Origin: Sphyrna mokarran
Lineage: Eukaryota
Reading direction: 5' to 3'
NCBI GenBank assembly: GCA_024679065.1
Contig: JAGIQG010000001.1
Span: 151,404,001 to 151,468,000 of the forward strand
DNA length: 64,000 bases
Within the stretch, counting starts at the first letter, position 1. Each line of letters opens with the position of its first letter. The translations under genes were made by a program, and so were the position numbers. Below the pieces are notes generated by a model. It worked only from the letters and a program-made list of their open reading frames with translations, made no database searches and was not told the origin of the DNA. Positions 12,490 through 25,749 of the stretch are shown in pieces.

Positions 12490-14145
12490 TCACCAACATC
12501 TTGGTGTCTGGGGCTAAAGTGGGGATGGTTATTAACAGACTGTTCGAGTAATAAACTGACATTGGTATACTTTTCTAAGTATGACTGTCAGTCAGTGCCT
12601 AACATCCTTTGGTATGCCCTGGCCAGTGTCAGGACTGACGTAGTGGTGGTGTGAACAGTCAGGTGAATGTGATTCTGGAAGTCCTTGATGCTCAGACCCT
12701 TGAAATTTCATGGCTTCCGGTAAACCATTGATATGGCAGTTTCCTACTGATAACCATTTATCACTCTCTGTCAACCACTTCACAGCTACTCCATGTTGAA
12801 CACCACGTGGGGCAAAATATATATTCTGGAGACTTCAGTGTAGCATTTTTGCCAGTTTAGGTACATGGGCCTTTTAGATTCTTTATGGCCATGTGTGTCC
12901 CACAGTTTAAAGGGACCAGTTTATGCACTGCAAGTTTTGGGTTGCTCCGTGGCCATGCGACTTAGAGGGAATGTTGGTCCCTACTGTCATTGATTCCAAT
13001 CTTCAGACAAAATCAGTTCACTAAAGTAATCTCTCAAGTGCCTGAATGTGTTGTATATAGCAATTGGAATAGATGAGTACTGGCAACATCCAAACTATGC
13101 TGTTGCAAACAGTGCTCTGGATTTAGCAACAGTTTCCTGCCATTCTGCTTTAAAACAGCTTCAGCAGTCCCTGAAATGAAGCAAACTGTGCAAGTATGTC
13201 CTGTCCACAAAAACCAAGACCAATCCAACCTGATAAATTACTATCTCTTCAGTCTACTATCAATCAGCACAGCAATGGAAGGAATCATTAACAGTGTTAG
13301 CAAGCATCACTTGCTCAGTGTGCCTAGTTTGTTTTCTGCCAATACTTTGCTCCAGATCTCGTTACAACTTTTGTGCAAACATGGACAAAGGAGTTGAATT
13401 TCAGAAATGAGACCAGAGTGATTGTCTTTGACATCAAGGCAGCTGGGTTTAGAACCAAGGAATCAAAGAAAACTCTCCAGTGGTTGGAATCACCCTTAAC
13501 ACAAAGGAAGATGTAGCAGCTTCCAGGATGCTGCAGAAGTTTCTTAGAATAGTAACCTAGGCCCAATCATCATCAACTTTAATAACTTTATGCCAGCATA
13601 TGGTCAGAAATGAGACTATTTACTGTTGATAACAATGATCGGTTCCATTTTTCAAATAATGAAGCAATCCAAACAACATTCAGGCTTTGACTGATGAAGT
13701 TTAAAACACCATTCAAGCCACACAAGTGCCAGGCAAATGACCAACAAAAACAGGAAAGTTATTTTAATGGAAGACTTCAATCAAGCTAAAATAAATTTCT
13801 CAGTAAAGTGGTCCACCTACACGTAAAAGCATTCCCACTTGGGCTAATAAGTGCCAAGTTCAGTATGTACTGAATAAGTGCCACGTAGTGACTGTATCCC
13901 ACACTCATCTCCTTTCACAATCAAATGTGTTACAATCCCTAAATCCCTTAATATCAGCATTTAAGGCCATCATTGATTACAATTTCAATGCCATTATTAC
14001 AACAGGGATACGGCTGGCTATTCTGTCATAAAACTCTCAACCTGACTCCCCAGTACCCTACTCTCCAAAATGCCTATTGAGCTGTCCTATTCAACAGGAA
14101 TTAGATGCTGATCTTGTCAGCAACACCCACATCCCATGAAAGAAT
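12490..14145 (+). mobile_element. Degenerate LINE (CR1 clade, distinct family)
   Basis: VQVCPVHKNQDQSNLINYYLFSLLS...MEGIINS (PVHKK..NYRPISLL-like; ORF 13176); 3' tail gccagcaacacccacatcccatgaa-like at ~14115-14140. Confidence 0.7.
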
Positions 14146-14555
14146 ACATTGTAAGCAGAGCGTAAACAAGATCGTTGGTTTTGTAAACAGAGGCATAAGA
14201 ATACAAAATTCCTTCTCCACGTGCTGGATTTTGTATCTGGGCACTACATTTTAGGAAAGATGTAAGGGCTTTAAAGTGGGCGCAGGAAAGATTAAATGAA
14301 AATGGTTGCAGTGATGAGGGTCATTTTTGGAGAAGAACGGATTGAGAAAATTCGTGGAGATGTTTGAGATTATGAAGGGTCCAAACAAAGTGCATGGAGG
14401 AAACTATTCCCTTACACAGAGGGGTCGTATTTGAGATAATTAGCAGAATTGTTGATGATGCAAAACTCTTTACGCAAATGGTTGAGAGTTTGGGAATGGA
14501 ACACCTGAGAAGACGTGGAGGCAAATTCAATCCAAGTTTCCAAAAAGAAATTGAC

Positions 14556-14945
14556 ATGGTGATTAACACTGCTGTCCCTCAGCACCAGGGACCCAGGTTC
14601 AATTCCTGGCTTGGGTCACTGTCTATGCAGAGTCTGCATGTTCTCCCCATGTCTGTATGAGTTTCCTTCCACAGTCCAAAACACATGCTGGTATGGTGCA
14701 TTGACCATGCTAAATTCTCCCTCAGTATATTCGAATAGGTACTGGAGTGTAGCAACTAGGGGATTAATGTGGTTATTTATTAGTCACAAGTAGACTTGCA
14801 TCTTCACTGCAATGAAAGCACTGTGAAAATCCCCTAATCGCCACACTGTAGGGCCTGTTCAGGTACACTGAAGGAAAATTTTTAGCACAGAAACTTCAGT
14901 GCAGTGTTAATATAGGCCTATTTGTGACGTTGATAAATTAACTTT
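14556..14945 (+). mobile_element. V-domain SINE with an antisense copy of its own tail inserted (about 14775-14887)
   Basis: head gggacccaggttcaattcctggcttgggtcactgtc, V-domain, tail interrupted by reverse-complement tail sequence. Confidence 0.8.
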
Positions 14946-15327
14946 TAAAAAAAATATGTCCATGGATCTGTGTGCTTCAAAAGCTTTCTCAAATTTCCTG
15001 TCACTCAAATGTATTCATACAGATCAGGGCATAGACAGATTTCGACCAATCCTATTGGCAATTGTCAATTGTCACATGGTTTCTTGTTATCCTTGTACCC
15101 TCTATTTTACTGCAAGTAAAATCTAACTGGAAATTGCATAAGTGTGGTGAAACACAAGTATACTAAAACAAAAAACTTTTGCTTTGAGAAGAGCAGTATC
15201 AGAATATGAGCAAAGGCTGGTATTTAAATGGTCAATTTTTTTTCCATATTACAGAGAACCTTTGTTATTATTTAAACCAAAACCATTTGCTTACAGAAAG
15301 AAATCTTGAATTGCTTGTGTCTGACAG

Positions 15328-15536
15328 ATTATGCTGAAGAGTTAGCTAACAAGCTGTTTGGTGTTGCCGAAGCCCCACCATCGAACCTAGCCCGTTCTTT
15401 GCCGACAACTGTACCAGAATCTCCAGTATGTCCTGCCAGAACCCCAAGGACTCCACGTACACCTAGGCTACAGGATCCCAATAAAACACCACGGTTCTAC
15501 CCTGTTGTCAAAGAAGGACGGCCCTTGGACATTGAG
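15328..15536 (+). CDS. LARP1B: LARP1B coding exon (DYAEELANKLFG...RSLPTTVPESP...RTPRTPRTPRLQDPNKTPRFYPVVKEGRPLDIE)
   Basis: ctgacAG acceptor, GAG|GTatta donor, 209 nt, phase 1 to 0; LQDPNKTPRFYPVVKE is LARP1B-type. Confidence 0.95.
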
Positions 15537-16371
15537 GTATTACTGTTTTTATTTTTAAGAGAAATAAAATGATGTGTAAAGATTTTACCTGATGTTATTT
15601 TGGCCAAATTCTGAATGTACTTAAACTGTACTAGGTAATGCCATGTCCCAATTGGCAACTATGCTTTGTAAGATGTGCTCATTTTATTATTATCTTTTAG
15701 TCGAATCTTATTTGCTTATTGAATGATTTTAAAAACTATATATGTAAAATTTTGGTCAGAATTTCCTGTGGATGCTAACCCAACTGTATCATTGCTCAGG
15801 AGTGTGGAATGAGAAAATACTGGTTGTTATATCGTGATTTGGATGCTATCCTTTAAGTGTGGTGGCCATTTGCTTTTCTTTCCTTGTGTCTTTCTTTCTC
15901 GTATTTTTCTCTAACTTAAATCATGTGTTTATAATATAAGTTCCTAAAACATTATTTTACAAAATGTTATTTTCTGTTAGAAAATGAATGGCTTCCCAGG
16001 AAATACAGAAAAGATGACCCTCATTCAATTGGTGATTAGGAAATTTCCATAAAATAGAACGTAAATTTTAAAACTTGAATTAGCAATGCTAAGCCATTTA
16101 GTATTTTCTGACTTTACCTGTGAATTTGTGCTGTAAACTCATGAATTCGAAGCAAGATGTGTTTCATTACTATCATATTCATTTTATACAATACCAGTTT
16201 TGCAATATATCCCTATTTAACCTCATAATCTCTCTACCTCAGGCCCTTTCTGACCTCACAGTAACTTGGCCCAAATACACGATGTGAATGTGTGCACTAG
16301 GCTAAAGTTAATTTACTGAGGCAGAAGCTAAGTTATTGGTAGTTTTTAATTCCAGGTGATTTTTATTGCAG

Positions 16372-16478
16372 ACACCAAGGAAAAGAAAAACAAGGCATAG
16401 TTCAAATCCACCACTTGAGTGTCATATTGGTTGGGTTATGGACTCAAAAGAACATAGACCAAGAACATCATCTGTTAG
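16372..16478 (+). CDS. LARP1B: LARP1B coding exon (TPRKRKTRHSSNPPLECHIGWVMDSKEHRPRTSSVS)
   Basis: ttttattgcAG acceptor, TTAG|GTgaat donor, 107 nt, phase 0 to 2; not in ORF track, translated by hand. Confidence 0.95.
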
Positions 16479-16744
16479 GTGAATACTTTTATTTATAGTA
16501 TTTATTAATACTGCATTATTTTTGTTTATAAAATGTAGAAACCCAATGCAATTATAAACCAATATTATGATACTTGCACCATTATATCAATTTTACAAAT
16601 ATCATTTATTGATGAATATCAAATGCATAAGGCATTTCCATTAGCTTTCCATGAAAATAGAAAATACAACCATATGTACAATAATTGTAATATTTGTAAT
16701 TGATAATTGTAATTGCATAATCATTGACTCAAGTGAACACAAAT

Positions 16745-19700
16745 CAGTACAAATGGGTATGATCTAGTGGCCCTTACAGAAATGTGGTTGCAGGGTGACT
16801 GGGAATTAAATATCCAGGGGTATCAGACACTTCGGAAGGATAGACAGGAAGGAAAAGGAGGTGGGGTAGCTCTGTTAATAAAAGAATGACATCAGGGCGA
16901 TAGTAAGTGACGATATAGGCTCTAAGAAGCAAAATGTGGCATCGTTGTGGATAGAGATAAGGAGTAGTAAGGGGAGAAATTCACTGGCGGGTGTGGTCTA
17001 TAGGCCCCCAAATAATAACTTTGAGATGGAGCAGGGTTAAAACATGCAAATAATGGATGCGTACAAAAATGTAACAGCAATAATCATGGGGGATTTTAAC
17101 CTGCATATTGATTGGTTGACTCAAGTCGGACATGGTGGACTTGAAGAGTTCTTAGACTGCTGTCAGAATAGTTTCCTCGAACAGTATGTTACAGAACCTA
17201 TGAGGGAGCAAGTTGTCTTGGATCTGGTCTTGTGTAATGAGACAGGTAGAATTAAAGATCTTTTGTGAGGAATCCTCTTGGGATGAGTGATCACAGTATA
17301 GTTGAATTTCTAATACAGATGGATGGTGAGAAAGTAAGGTCCCAAACCAGTGTCCTCTGCTTGAACAGAGGGGAGTACAATAGGATGAGGGTGGAACTGG
17401 CTAATGTAGACTGGGAGTGCAGACTAGTTGGTAGGACAACTGAGGAACAGTAGAGGACTTTTAAGGAGATTTTTGTCAGTACTCAGCAAAAATATATTCC
17501 AGTGATAAAGAAGGAATGTAAGAAAAGGGATAACCAGCCGTGGTTATTGAAGGAAATAAAGGAGATTATTAAATTAAAAACCGATACTTAGAGTGCCAAA
17601 ACTATTGGGGAATTGAAAGATTAGGAAAGCTTTAAAAAAAAACAAAGAATGACTAAGAAAACGATAAAGAAAGGAAAGATAGATTATGAAACTAAATTAG
17701 CGCAAAATATAAAAACTGATTCTTGAAAGTTTTTACAAATATCTAGAAAGGAAGAGAATGGCTAAAGTAAATGTTGGACTCTTAGAAGACAGGAAGGGGA
17801 ATTTAATAATGGGAAACAAGGAATTGCCGTAGGCTTTGAATAAGGTTTTCATGTCAGTCTTCATGGTAGAAGACGCAAATAGCTTACCGAACATAGGACT
17901 GTAGGGGGTGAGGTCCTTTTTAAAATGATTACTATTACTAAAGAGAGTGTGCTTGGTAGACTAATGTGATTAAAGGTAGACAAGTCCCCAAGCCCAGCTG
18001 GAATGCATCCCAGGATACGGAAAGAAATGGCGGAAGTAGTAGCAGATGCGTTAGTAATTTATCAAAATTCGCTGGACTCTGGGGAAGTGCCGGCTGATTG
18101 GAAAATAGTTAATGTTACGCCGCTGTTTAAAAAAGTAGACAAAATGTGGGTAACTACAGGCCAGTTAGCTTAACATCGTAATTGGGAAAATGCTGGAATC
18201 CATCATTAAAGAAGAAATAGCAGGATACCTGGAAAAAAATGGTTCGATCAAGCAGACGCAGCATGCATTCATGAAGGAGAGTCGTGTTTGACGAATTTAC
18301 TGGATTTTTATGAAGATGTAATGAGTGCAGTTGACAGAGGGAAACCAGTGGATATGGTGTTTTTAGATTTCCAGAAAGCATTCGATAAGGTGTCTCACAA
18401 AAGGTTGCTGTGGAAGATTAAGGTACATAGAATTGGGGGTAAAGTGTTAGCGTGGATTGAGGATTGGCTGTCTAACAGGAAGCAGAGAATTGGAATTAAT
18501 GGGTGTTTTTCTGGTTGGCAGTTGGTGACTAGTGGCATGCTGTAGGGATTGGTGCAGAAGCCTTATCTGTTTACCACATACATATACAATCTGGAGTGGG
18601 GGACCAAGTGTAGGGTAACAAAATTTGCCGATGACACACAGATGAGTGGGAAAGCGAATTGTGTGGAGGGGCGCAGAAAGTCTGCAGAGAGATTTGGATA
18701 CGCTGAGTGAGAGGGTGAAGATCTGGCAGATAAAGTATAATGTTGGCAAGTGTGAGGTTATCCACTTTAGAAGAAATAATAGTAAAATGGACTATTATTT
18801 AAATGATGAAAAACTACAACATGCTACTGTGCAGAGGGACTTGCGGGTCCTTGTGCATGAATCACAAAAACTCAGTCTGCAAGTGATCAAGAAGGCAAAT
18901 GGAATGTTGGCCTTTATTGCGAGGGGGGATGGAATATAAAAGCAGGGAGGTCTTGCTGCAGTTGCACAAGGTAATGGTGAGGCCACAACTAGAGTACTGT
19001 GTGCAATTTTGGTCCTCTTATTTGCAAAAGAATACGTTGGTCTTGGAGGAAACACAGAGAATGTTCACCAGATTGATATCAGAGATGAGGGGGGTTAGCT
19101 TATGAGGAGAGATTGAGTAGATTGGGCCTGTACTCGTTGGAGTTTAGAAGGCTGAGGGGGATCTTATAGAGACATATAAGATAACGAAGGGCCAGACAGG
19201 GTAAAAGCAGAGAGATTCTTTCCACTTCGAAAGGAAACAAGAACTAGAGGACACAGCCTGAATATAAGAGGGAGCCAATTTAGAACAGTTGAGGAAGAAC
19301 AAAGAACAAAACAGCACGGGAAACAGGCCCTTCGGTCCAACGTGTCCGTGCCGCCACCCCGATGTTCCCACCTCTACCCATGATCCCTGTCAATGTTTAT
19401 AGATCTATGGATTAAAAACCAAATTTGGGGGAATTTGTTTTGCCAATTAGCATAAGAGCACATCTTTGGGATATGGGAGGAAACCGGAGCACCCGGAGAA
19501 AACCCACGCAAGCATGGGGAGAATGCGCAAACTCCCACAGACACAGCCCAAATCCATGTATCTGCACTGCACAGCGATAATCACTGAGCTGTTGTGTTGC
19601 CCATCAAATGGTCCAGGTCAAGCATACACTAACGACATGAAGCACTAGGATACTCTCAAAAAAAAATCCAAAAGCTGTCCTCTCATGACCCATCGTGTGT

Positions 19701-20637
19701 ATGCCTCTTGTTAGACAACAAGGCGGACCAAAGCACTTGTAGGATAAAAACAAATACATTGATATCATCGTCTATTTACACACTTCCCAGGGACTTCCAA
19801 GGCTCATGATCCCTATTTTAAATCAGTTTTCTATACCCCTCCATTCCCATTCTGTTCATGTGCCCATCTAAGTATCTCTTAGATAACTCCAGAGCACCTG
19901 CCTCCACCTCTTGGCAGTGCATTCCATACCCCCACCACCCTCTGTGAAAAAACTCCCTCTAGCATCCAAATTATATCTTACCTCCCTCACCCTGAGCCTG
20001 TTACTCCTCGTGCTATTTGAATCCATCCTAGGAAAAAGCTTAACCCTGTTTACTGTATCTGTACCCCTCATAATCTTGTACACCTCTATTAGATCTCCTC
20101 TAAGTCTACGTCTTTCTACGAAAAACAGCCCCAATTTGCCTAACATCTCCTCATAACTCAGACCTTTCACCTGTAAGGGTCAGGTTCCCCATTCTTAGGC
20201 TCTAGGTCCACCACCTTACTAAGCCTCCTTCCATTATTGCCTTGTTCTCCCTGACTAAAAATGCACCTTCCAATTGCAGCTCTAGTTGCTTGACCCAAGC
20301 CCTCAGATGCTGCACCTCCAAACACTTGATGCATATGTGGACTTTCGGGAGACGTTTCGCCTCCAGGAACTCCCACATATGACACCGTACACAGGTGAGG
20401 CATCTCTCTGAGGATACTGAATCTCAGAAGTTCTCTGTCCATTGAAGCAGTGGAGACTACCTCGTTGAATATGTTTAAGTCACAGGTAGATTTCTGATCA
20501 ATGAGGGAGTTAAGGGTTATGGGAAGCAGGTGGGTAAGTGGAGCTGAACCACTTTCAGATCAGCCATGATCTTATTGAATGGCAGGACAGGCTCGAGGGG
20601 CTATCTGGCCTACCCCTGCTCCTATCTGTTATGCTGT
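16745..20637 (+). mobile_element. CR1 LINE ORF2 (APE endonuclease + RT), degenerate, interrupted at 19297-20400
   Basis: IIMGDFNLHIDW, LGMSDHSIVEF, TNLLDFYE..VDMVFLDFQKAFDKVSH, VRPQLEYCVQFWS (ORFs 17044-19105); 3'UTR resumes at ~20402 and ends ~20637. Confidence 0.93.
19297..20400 (-). mobile_element. CR1 subfamily A with long composite 3'UTR; internally deleted (ORF1 start fused to ORF2 C-terminus)
   Basis: 20167-20400 matches ORF1 start of the copy at 32694; 19868-20166 GLSYEEMLGKLGLF..RRRLRGDLIEVYKI; 19297-19820 composite 3'UTR ending in (TTCTTTG)n. Confidence 0.9.
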
Positions 20638-20764
20638 ATGACTCAACATTGATGTATTAAATCTCAGGAGATCCCATCATAGGGTGATTATGCTGAGTTC
20701 ATAAATATTCAGTTATGCTACAAGTATTATTGATGAATAATAAAAATGTGTAATTCATACATAA

Positions 20765-20900
20765 TGTAGAGATGCTGGTGTTGAACTGGGGTAAACACAG
20801 TAAGCAGTCTCACAACACCAGGTTAAAAGTCCAACCAGTTTATTTGTTAATCCTGCGTAAACTTTTGGAAATGCTGTTCCTTCGTTAGCCGTGTGGAAAG
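20765..20900 (-). mobile_element. Penelope pseudo-LTR fragment with decayed hammerhead
   Basis: same family as 48862-49204 and 63503-63726 (cacagtaag..gtctcacaacaccaggtta..gtccaaccagtttattt). Confidence 0.75.
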
Positions 20901-20905
20901 TTCCA

Positions 20906-21051
20906 GTGCAGGTTAGGTTGATTGGCTATACTCAATTGCCTCTTAGTGTCAGGGAGATCAGCAAGGGGTTATGGGGATAGGGCTTGAGTGGGACTGTTGT
21001 CGGTACAGCTTGATGGGCTAATGGCCCCTTTCTGCACTTGAGATTCTATGA
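20906..21051 (+). mobile_element. HE1-like SINE 3' fragment with CR1-type tail
   Basis: gtgcaggttaggttgattggc...gatgggctaatggcccctttctgcac..gattctatga. Confidence 0.65.
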
Positions 21052-21329
21052 CAAGGAGCTAGAAGTTATACTCCAGTTATATAAAGCCCTGGAGCATTGT
21101 AAGCCATTCTGGAGAAGGAACACCACAAAGAGATAAAAGTTTAAGATATTGTGGAAACCAAATTAGATAGTTCAGAGAAACTATTTCTACTGGTTGGCTC
21201 TTCTATTCATCTACAAGGTGGTAGAAGTCAAGAACTGTTCCACTATCAGCAGTTATTGCCAAATCAGTGGTTAATTTCAAATCTAAGATCAATAGATTTT
21301 TGTTTACCTAAGTTATGAAGGGATATGAC

Positions 21330-22368
21330 ATGGGATACAAGGGGCCTTGTGGATCCAGAACTGGCTTGCCTGCAGAAGGCAGAGAGTGGTTGTAGATGGG
21401 TCTTTTTCTGCATGGCGGTCGATCACCAGTGGAGTGCCCCAGGGATCTGTTCTGGGACCCTTACTGTTTATAATTTTCATAAATGACCTGGATGAGGAAG
21501 TGGAGGGATGGGTTAATAAGTTTGCTGATGACACGAAGGTTGGTGGTATTGTAGATAGTTTGGAGGGATTGTCGGATAGTCAGAAGTTGCAGCATGACAT
21601 AGAGGATGCAAGGCTGGGCGGAGAAGTGGCAGATAGACTTCAACACGGATAAATGTGTAGTGGTCCATTTTGGCAGGTCAAATGGGATGAAGGAGTATAA
21701 TATCAAGGGTAAGACTCTTAGCAGTGTAGAGGATCAGAAGGATTTGGGGTTCGGGTCCATACCACTCTTAAATCGGCCTTGCAGGTAGAAGATGTGGTTA
21801 AGAAGGCGTACAGTGTACTGGCCTTCATCAGTAGAGAGATTGAGTTTAGGAGTCGAGAGATAATGCTGCAGCTTTATAAGACCCTGGTCAAACCCTTTGA
21901 GTACTATGCTCAGTTCTGGTCTACTCATTACAGGTGGGATGTGGAAGCTATTGAAAGGGTGTGGAGGAGATTTACAAGGATGTTGCCTGGATTGGGTGGC
22001 ATTCCTTATGAGCACAGGTTGAGGGAGCTCGGTCTTTGACCTGATTGAAGTGTATAAGGTATTGAGAGGTATAGATCAGGTGGATTTTCAGAGGCTATTC
22101 CCCAGGGCTGGAATGATTGCTACAAGAGGACACAGATTTAAGATGCTGGGGAGTAGGTACTGAGGAGATATCAGGGGCAAGTTTTTCACTGAGTAGTGAG
22201 TGAATGGAATCGGCTGCTATTGGTAGTGTTGGAGGCAAATTCGATAGGGTCTTTTAAGAGACTTCTGGATGAGTACATGGGACTTAATAGAATTGAGATT
22301 ATAGGTTTGGATGTGATCGGTGCAACTTGTGGGCCAAAGGGCTTCTTTGTGCTGTACTTTTTTATGCC
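21330..22368 (+). mobile_element. CR1 LINE RT 3' portion
   Basis: [45 protein letters not shown] (ORF 21347); tail gggccaaagggcttctttgtgctgtac. Confidence 0.93.
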
Positions 22369-22998
22369 CTAAAGAAGGGTGCATAGAATTAGTTACAGTT
22401 TGCCCATGACCTGATTGAAACCAGAATAGGCTTGAGATGTAAATTGACCTACTCCCATTCTTATATTTCTAAAATCAAAATTTTTAATCAGTATCTAGTC
22501 CACCACTTATGGTTAACCTATTTTTTAATGACTGAAAATGTACAGAACCATTTACAAGTTAAGGTTTCTTCATAAATAAAAAACCATTTAAAAACTTTTA
22601 AATTGCATTTATTGGCGACATTCTGTCTTTTTAATTTTATGCTTCCTTGAAGGCCTATGAATGGTTCCAATTAGTGGTAACCTATGGAGAAAATTTTGAT
22701 CTATGGGTGTTGTCGGTTTTGTAGGTGAGACCAACTTCTGGTATAAAATTTTTTAAGCTGGCACACAAGGTGGTATTGAATGTACTTCACATGTAAAACT
22801 CTGCGAATGTGTGCAGGTTTGTTTAGTTTGATAAATTTTGCTAAGGAAACCAGCACAAACTGGAAATCTCCTGCCTGTAAATTGGAGAAATTACAAACCA
22901 GATTCAGCATTTGATTTGCAAGAAGCATAATTAGAGACAATGTTGTGGGGAAAATAAAATTAAATTCCTAGTTTTGACATTGCTTTCATCTTTTTCAG

Positions 22999-23159
22999 TA
23001 GTTCCAATGCCAGCCCTTCAGAAGGCACACCATTTGTTGGAAGTTATGGCTGTACACCAAACTCTCTACCCAAATTCCAGCATCCCTCCCATGAGCTTTT
23101 AAGAGAAAATGGCTTCACCCAACAAGTTTACCACAAATATCGTCGAAGGTGTTTAAATG
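22999..23159 (+). CDS. LARP1B: LARP1B coding exon (SSNASPSEGTPFVGSYGCTPNSLPKFQHPSHELLRENGFTQQVYHKYRRRCLN), start of DM15 region
   Basis: tctttttcAG acceptor (tandem CAG/TAG), AATG|GTgagc donor, 161 nt, phase 2 to 1. Confidence 0.95.
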
Positions 23160-23539
23160 GTGAGCCTGTTTCCTTGTTTTAAGTGAAGGTGGGATCGTCT
23201 GACCATAACACACTCAGGACATTCATCAAACATAGTAACGGTTCTACTAGAGTTTAGGCAATGTTTTTCATTTCCAGATATCAGCTTTAAAAGAAATTAT
23301 GTAATGTTTTTTCCACAATGTACAATTGAAGAAAATATCTTAATCTGACAAGTTGTCACAAAATAGATATTTTTCACTGATGTTGCAAGTAAAAACAAAT
23401 GCTGCTGATATTCGTGGCACCTGTGTTGTAATCCAATAAAAACTGCTTTTCTTGATTTAAGGCTGCTATATTAAATTTTTAGCTGTGACTTTTTACAGGT
23501 AAGAAAGACTAAATTGGCAGTATCCCACAGATCATGAAG

Positions 23540-23815
23540 GCAACACAATCATTGGCACTGTTGTTGCAGTGCCAGGGACCTACGTTCAAATCTGCAGCTT
23601 GGACCACTGTCCATGCAGAGTCTGTATAGTTCCCCCATGTCTTTGGATTTCCTCCCACAGTCCAAAGATGTGCAGGTTAGGTTGATTGGCCATGCTAAAT
23701 TTTTCTTCAGTTTACTGGAAGAGATGCTGGCATGTGACAACTTGGTGATTTTTACAGTAACTTAATAGCACTGTTAATGTAAGCCTGCTTGTGACACAAA
23801 TAAGTAAATGAATAA
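23540..23815 (+). mobile_element. V-domain SINE
   Basis: gccagggacctacgttcaaatc head, ttcctcccacagtccaaagatgtgcaggttagg core, same tail as the 11328 copy. Confidence 0.8.
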
Positions 23816-23834
23816 GATATTAATATTCAAATTG

Positions 23835-25235
23835 TTGGAGTTGTGGACTGATAAATCCTGGATCCTAATAGAATTCATTCCAGGGTCTTAAAGGAGGTGG
23901 CCAGTGAAGAAGTTGATGCATTTTAATTTTCCCAAATTCCCTAATGGTTCCATTAGATTGGAAAATGGCAAAAATGGCATCAAAAAAGGAAACAAAAGCA
24001 GGAAACTACAGGCCAGCTAGCTTAATGTTTGCTGAAGGGAAAATGTAATGAAATACCTTATTAAAGCATTTGGGGGGGGGGGGGATCAAGATAATTAGGT
24101 AGTCAATGGTGTTTTAAGAGAGGTCATTCATGTTCAACCAATTATTAGCACTCTTTGTAGAAGTGCCATGTGTTGTGGATAACGGGGAACTTGAGGATGT
24201 ATTATCCTTAAATTTCTAAAACACATTTGATAAGGTAGTATTTAAGCATGAAGAGAAGATTGACTAGTTAACAGGCAGCAGAGAGGACGTTGTTTTCTGG
24301 CTATCAAGATGTAACAAGTGTGTGCCATAGGGATTAGTGTTGGGGCCTCAGCATTTTACAGTTTATATCAATTACTTGGATGAAAGGACTGAAATTCGTT
24401 GATACAAAAATAGCGAAATAAGTTGTGAAGGGGGCATAAGGATACTGAATCTTTATTTGATAAAGAGAGCGAGACAGAAAGGGACGTAGATACATTGGGT
24501 AAAGATCTGGCAAATGGAGCTCAACATGAGAAAATGTGAAATTGTCCATTTTAGCAGGTATAATATAAAAAGTATACTATCCACATAGTAAGAGATTGCA
24601 GAACTCAGGTGTCTGTGTATCCTAGTGCATGAATCACAAAAGGTCAGTGTGCAAGTGCAGCCAATAATGTATTGGTTATTGTGAGGGGAATTCAATACAA
24701 AAGGTAGAGCTATTACCCTCCTGTTATGAAAGCATTGGTGAGACCATTTCTGGAATACTGCCTACAATATTGGTCTCATTTTTTTTAGGAAAGAACGTAT
24801 TGCAATGGAAGAATTTGGGTAATGTTTACCAGACTAATACCTAGAATGGTTGAATAGGTTAGACTTGTGTCTGCTGGAGTTTGAAAGAGTGTGGCTTGAT
24901 TGAAACATAAGATTGTGAGGGATCTTGACAGAGGAGAAATGGAAAGGCTGTTTCATCTTGTGGGAGAATCTAGAACCAGAAATCACTATAAAAATAAGGG
25001 GTTATTATTTTAAGACAGGTGAGTAATATTGAAGGTCAATATTATCTTTTGTACATTCTTCCTAAAAAGGCATTGGGAATGGAGTCTTGAATATTTTTAA
25101 GACAAAGCTATGGAGGTTCTTGATGAGCAATGGTCTGAAAGCTATAGGTTGGAAAGTGGAGCTGAGGTGGCAATCAGATCAGCCATGGTTTAATTGAATG
25201 GCAGAGCAGGCTTGAGGGGCCAAGTGGCCGCCGCC
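23835..25235 (+). mobile_element. Old degenerate CR1 LINE
   Basis: gataaatcctgga..attcattccagggtcttaaagg (DKSPGPDGIHPRVLK-like), aactacaggccagctagctta (NYRPVSL-like), 3'UTR cagatcagccatg..gaatggcagagcaggcttgagggg. Confidence 0.8.
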
Positions 25236-25604
25236 TCTAAGTCTGATCACAGCACTTCCCATTGGGCCATTTTTGTGGTAATTATGATCAATATCATCAG
25301 CTTGTGCAATTTAACTACTGAAAACATGCAATGTCAAATAAGAGTAAAACAATAAGGAAATCTGGAAATATGGGTGGTTGTAAACAGTTTTGTTTACTGA
25401 CTATAATCTTTAATCAGCTACATCATTAGTTAATTTATGTGCAATTTTTAATATACTTCGTTTAAAATTGTTTTGTAAAAAAGACTACACAATTTGAATC
25501 ACAACAACTCTGATTCTAGCATTTATTTTCTAGGCTCTTTCAAGCTCACTTTAAAAGGATATTGGCAATGCAACAGATTTAATTGCATTATCTTCACTTT
25601 TCAG

Positions 25605-25749
25605 AGAGGAAGAGGTTAGGAATTGGACAGTCCCAGGAAATGAATACGCTGTTCCGTTTCTGGTCCTTCTTTCTCAGAGATCACTTCAACAGGAAAATGT
25701 ATGAAGAATTTAAACAACTGTCGCTTGAGGATGCAAAAGACAATTACAG
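25605..25749 (+). CDS. LARP1B: LARP1B DM15 exon ([49 protein letters not shown])
   Basis: cacttttcAG acceptor, CAG|GTacaa donor, 145 nt, phase 1 to 2. Confidence 0.97.

Noticed and set aside
12439-12654. ORF in frame with a possible acceptor in the intron where human LARP1B has a short extra segment (as recalled)
   Set aside because: Runs into LINE-derived sequence, no convincing donor, no similarity to LARP1B.
16351-16360. ttccAG|GTgat, a possible alternative acceptor or recursive splice site
   Set aside because: 16 nt upstream of the true acceptor (frameshifting) and in a short intron; no support from sequence alone.
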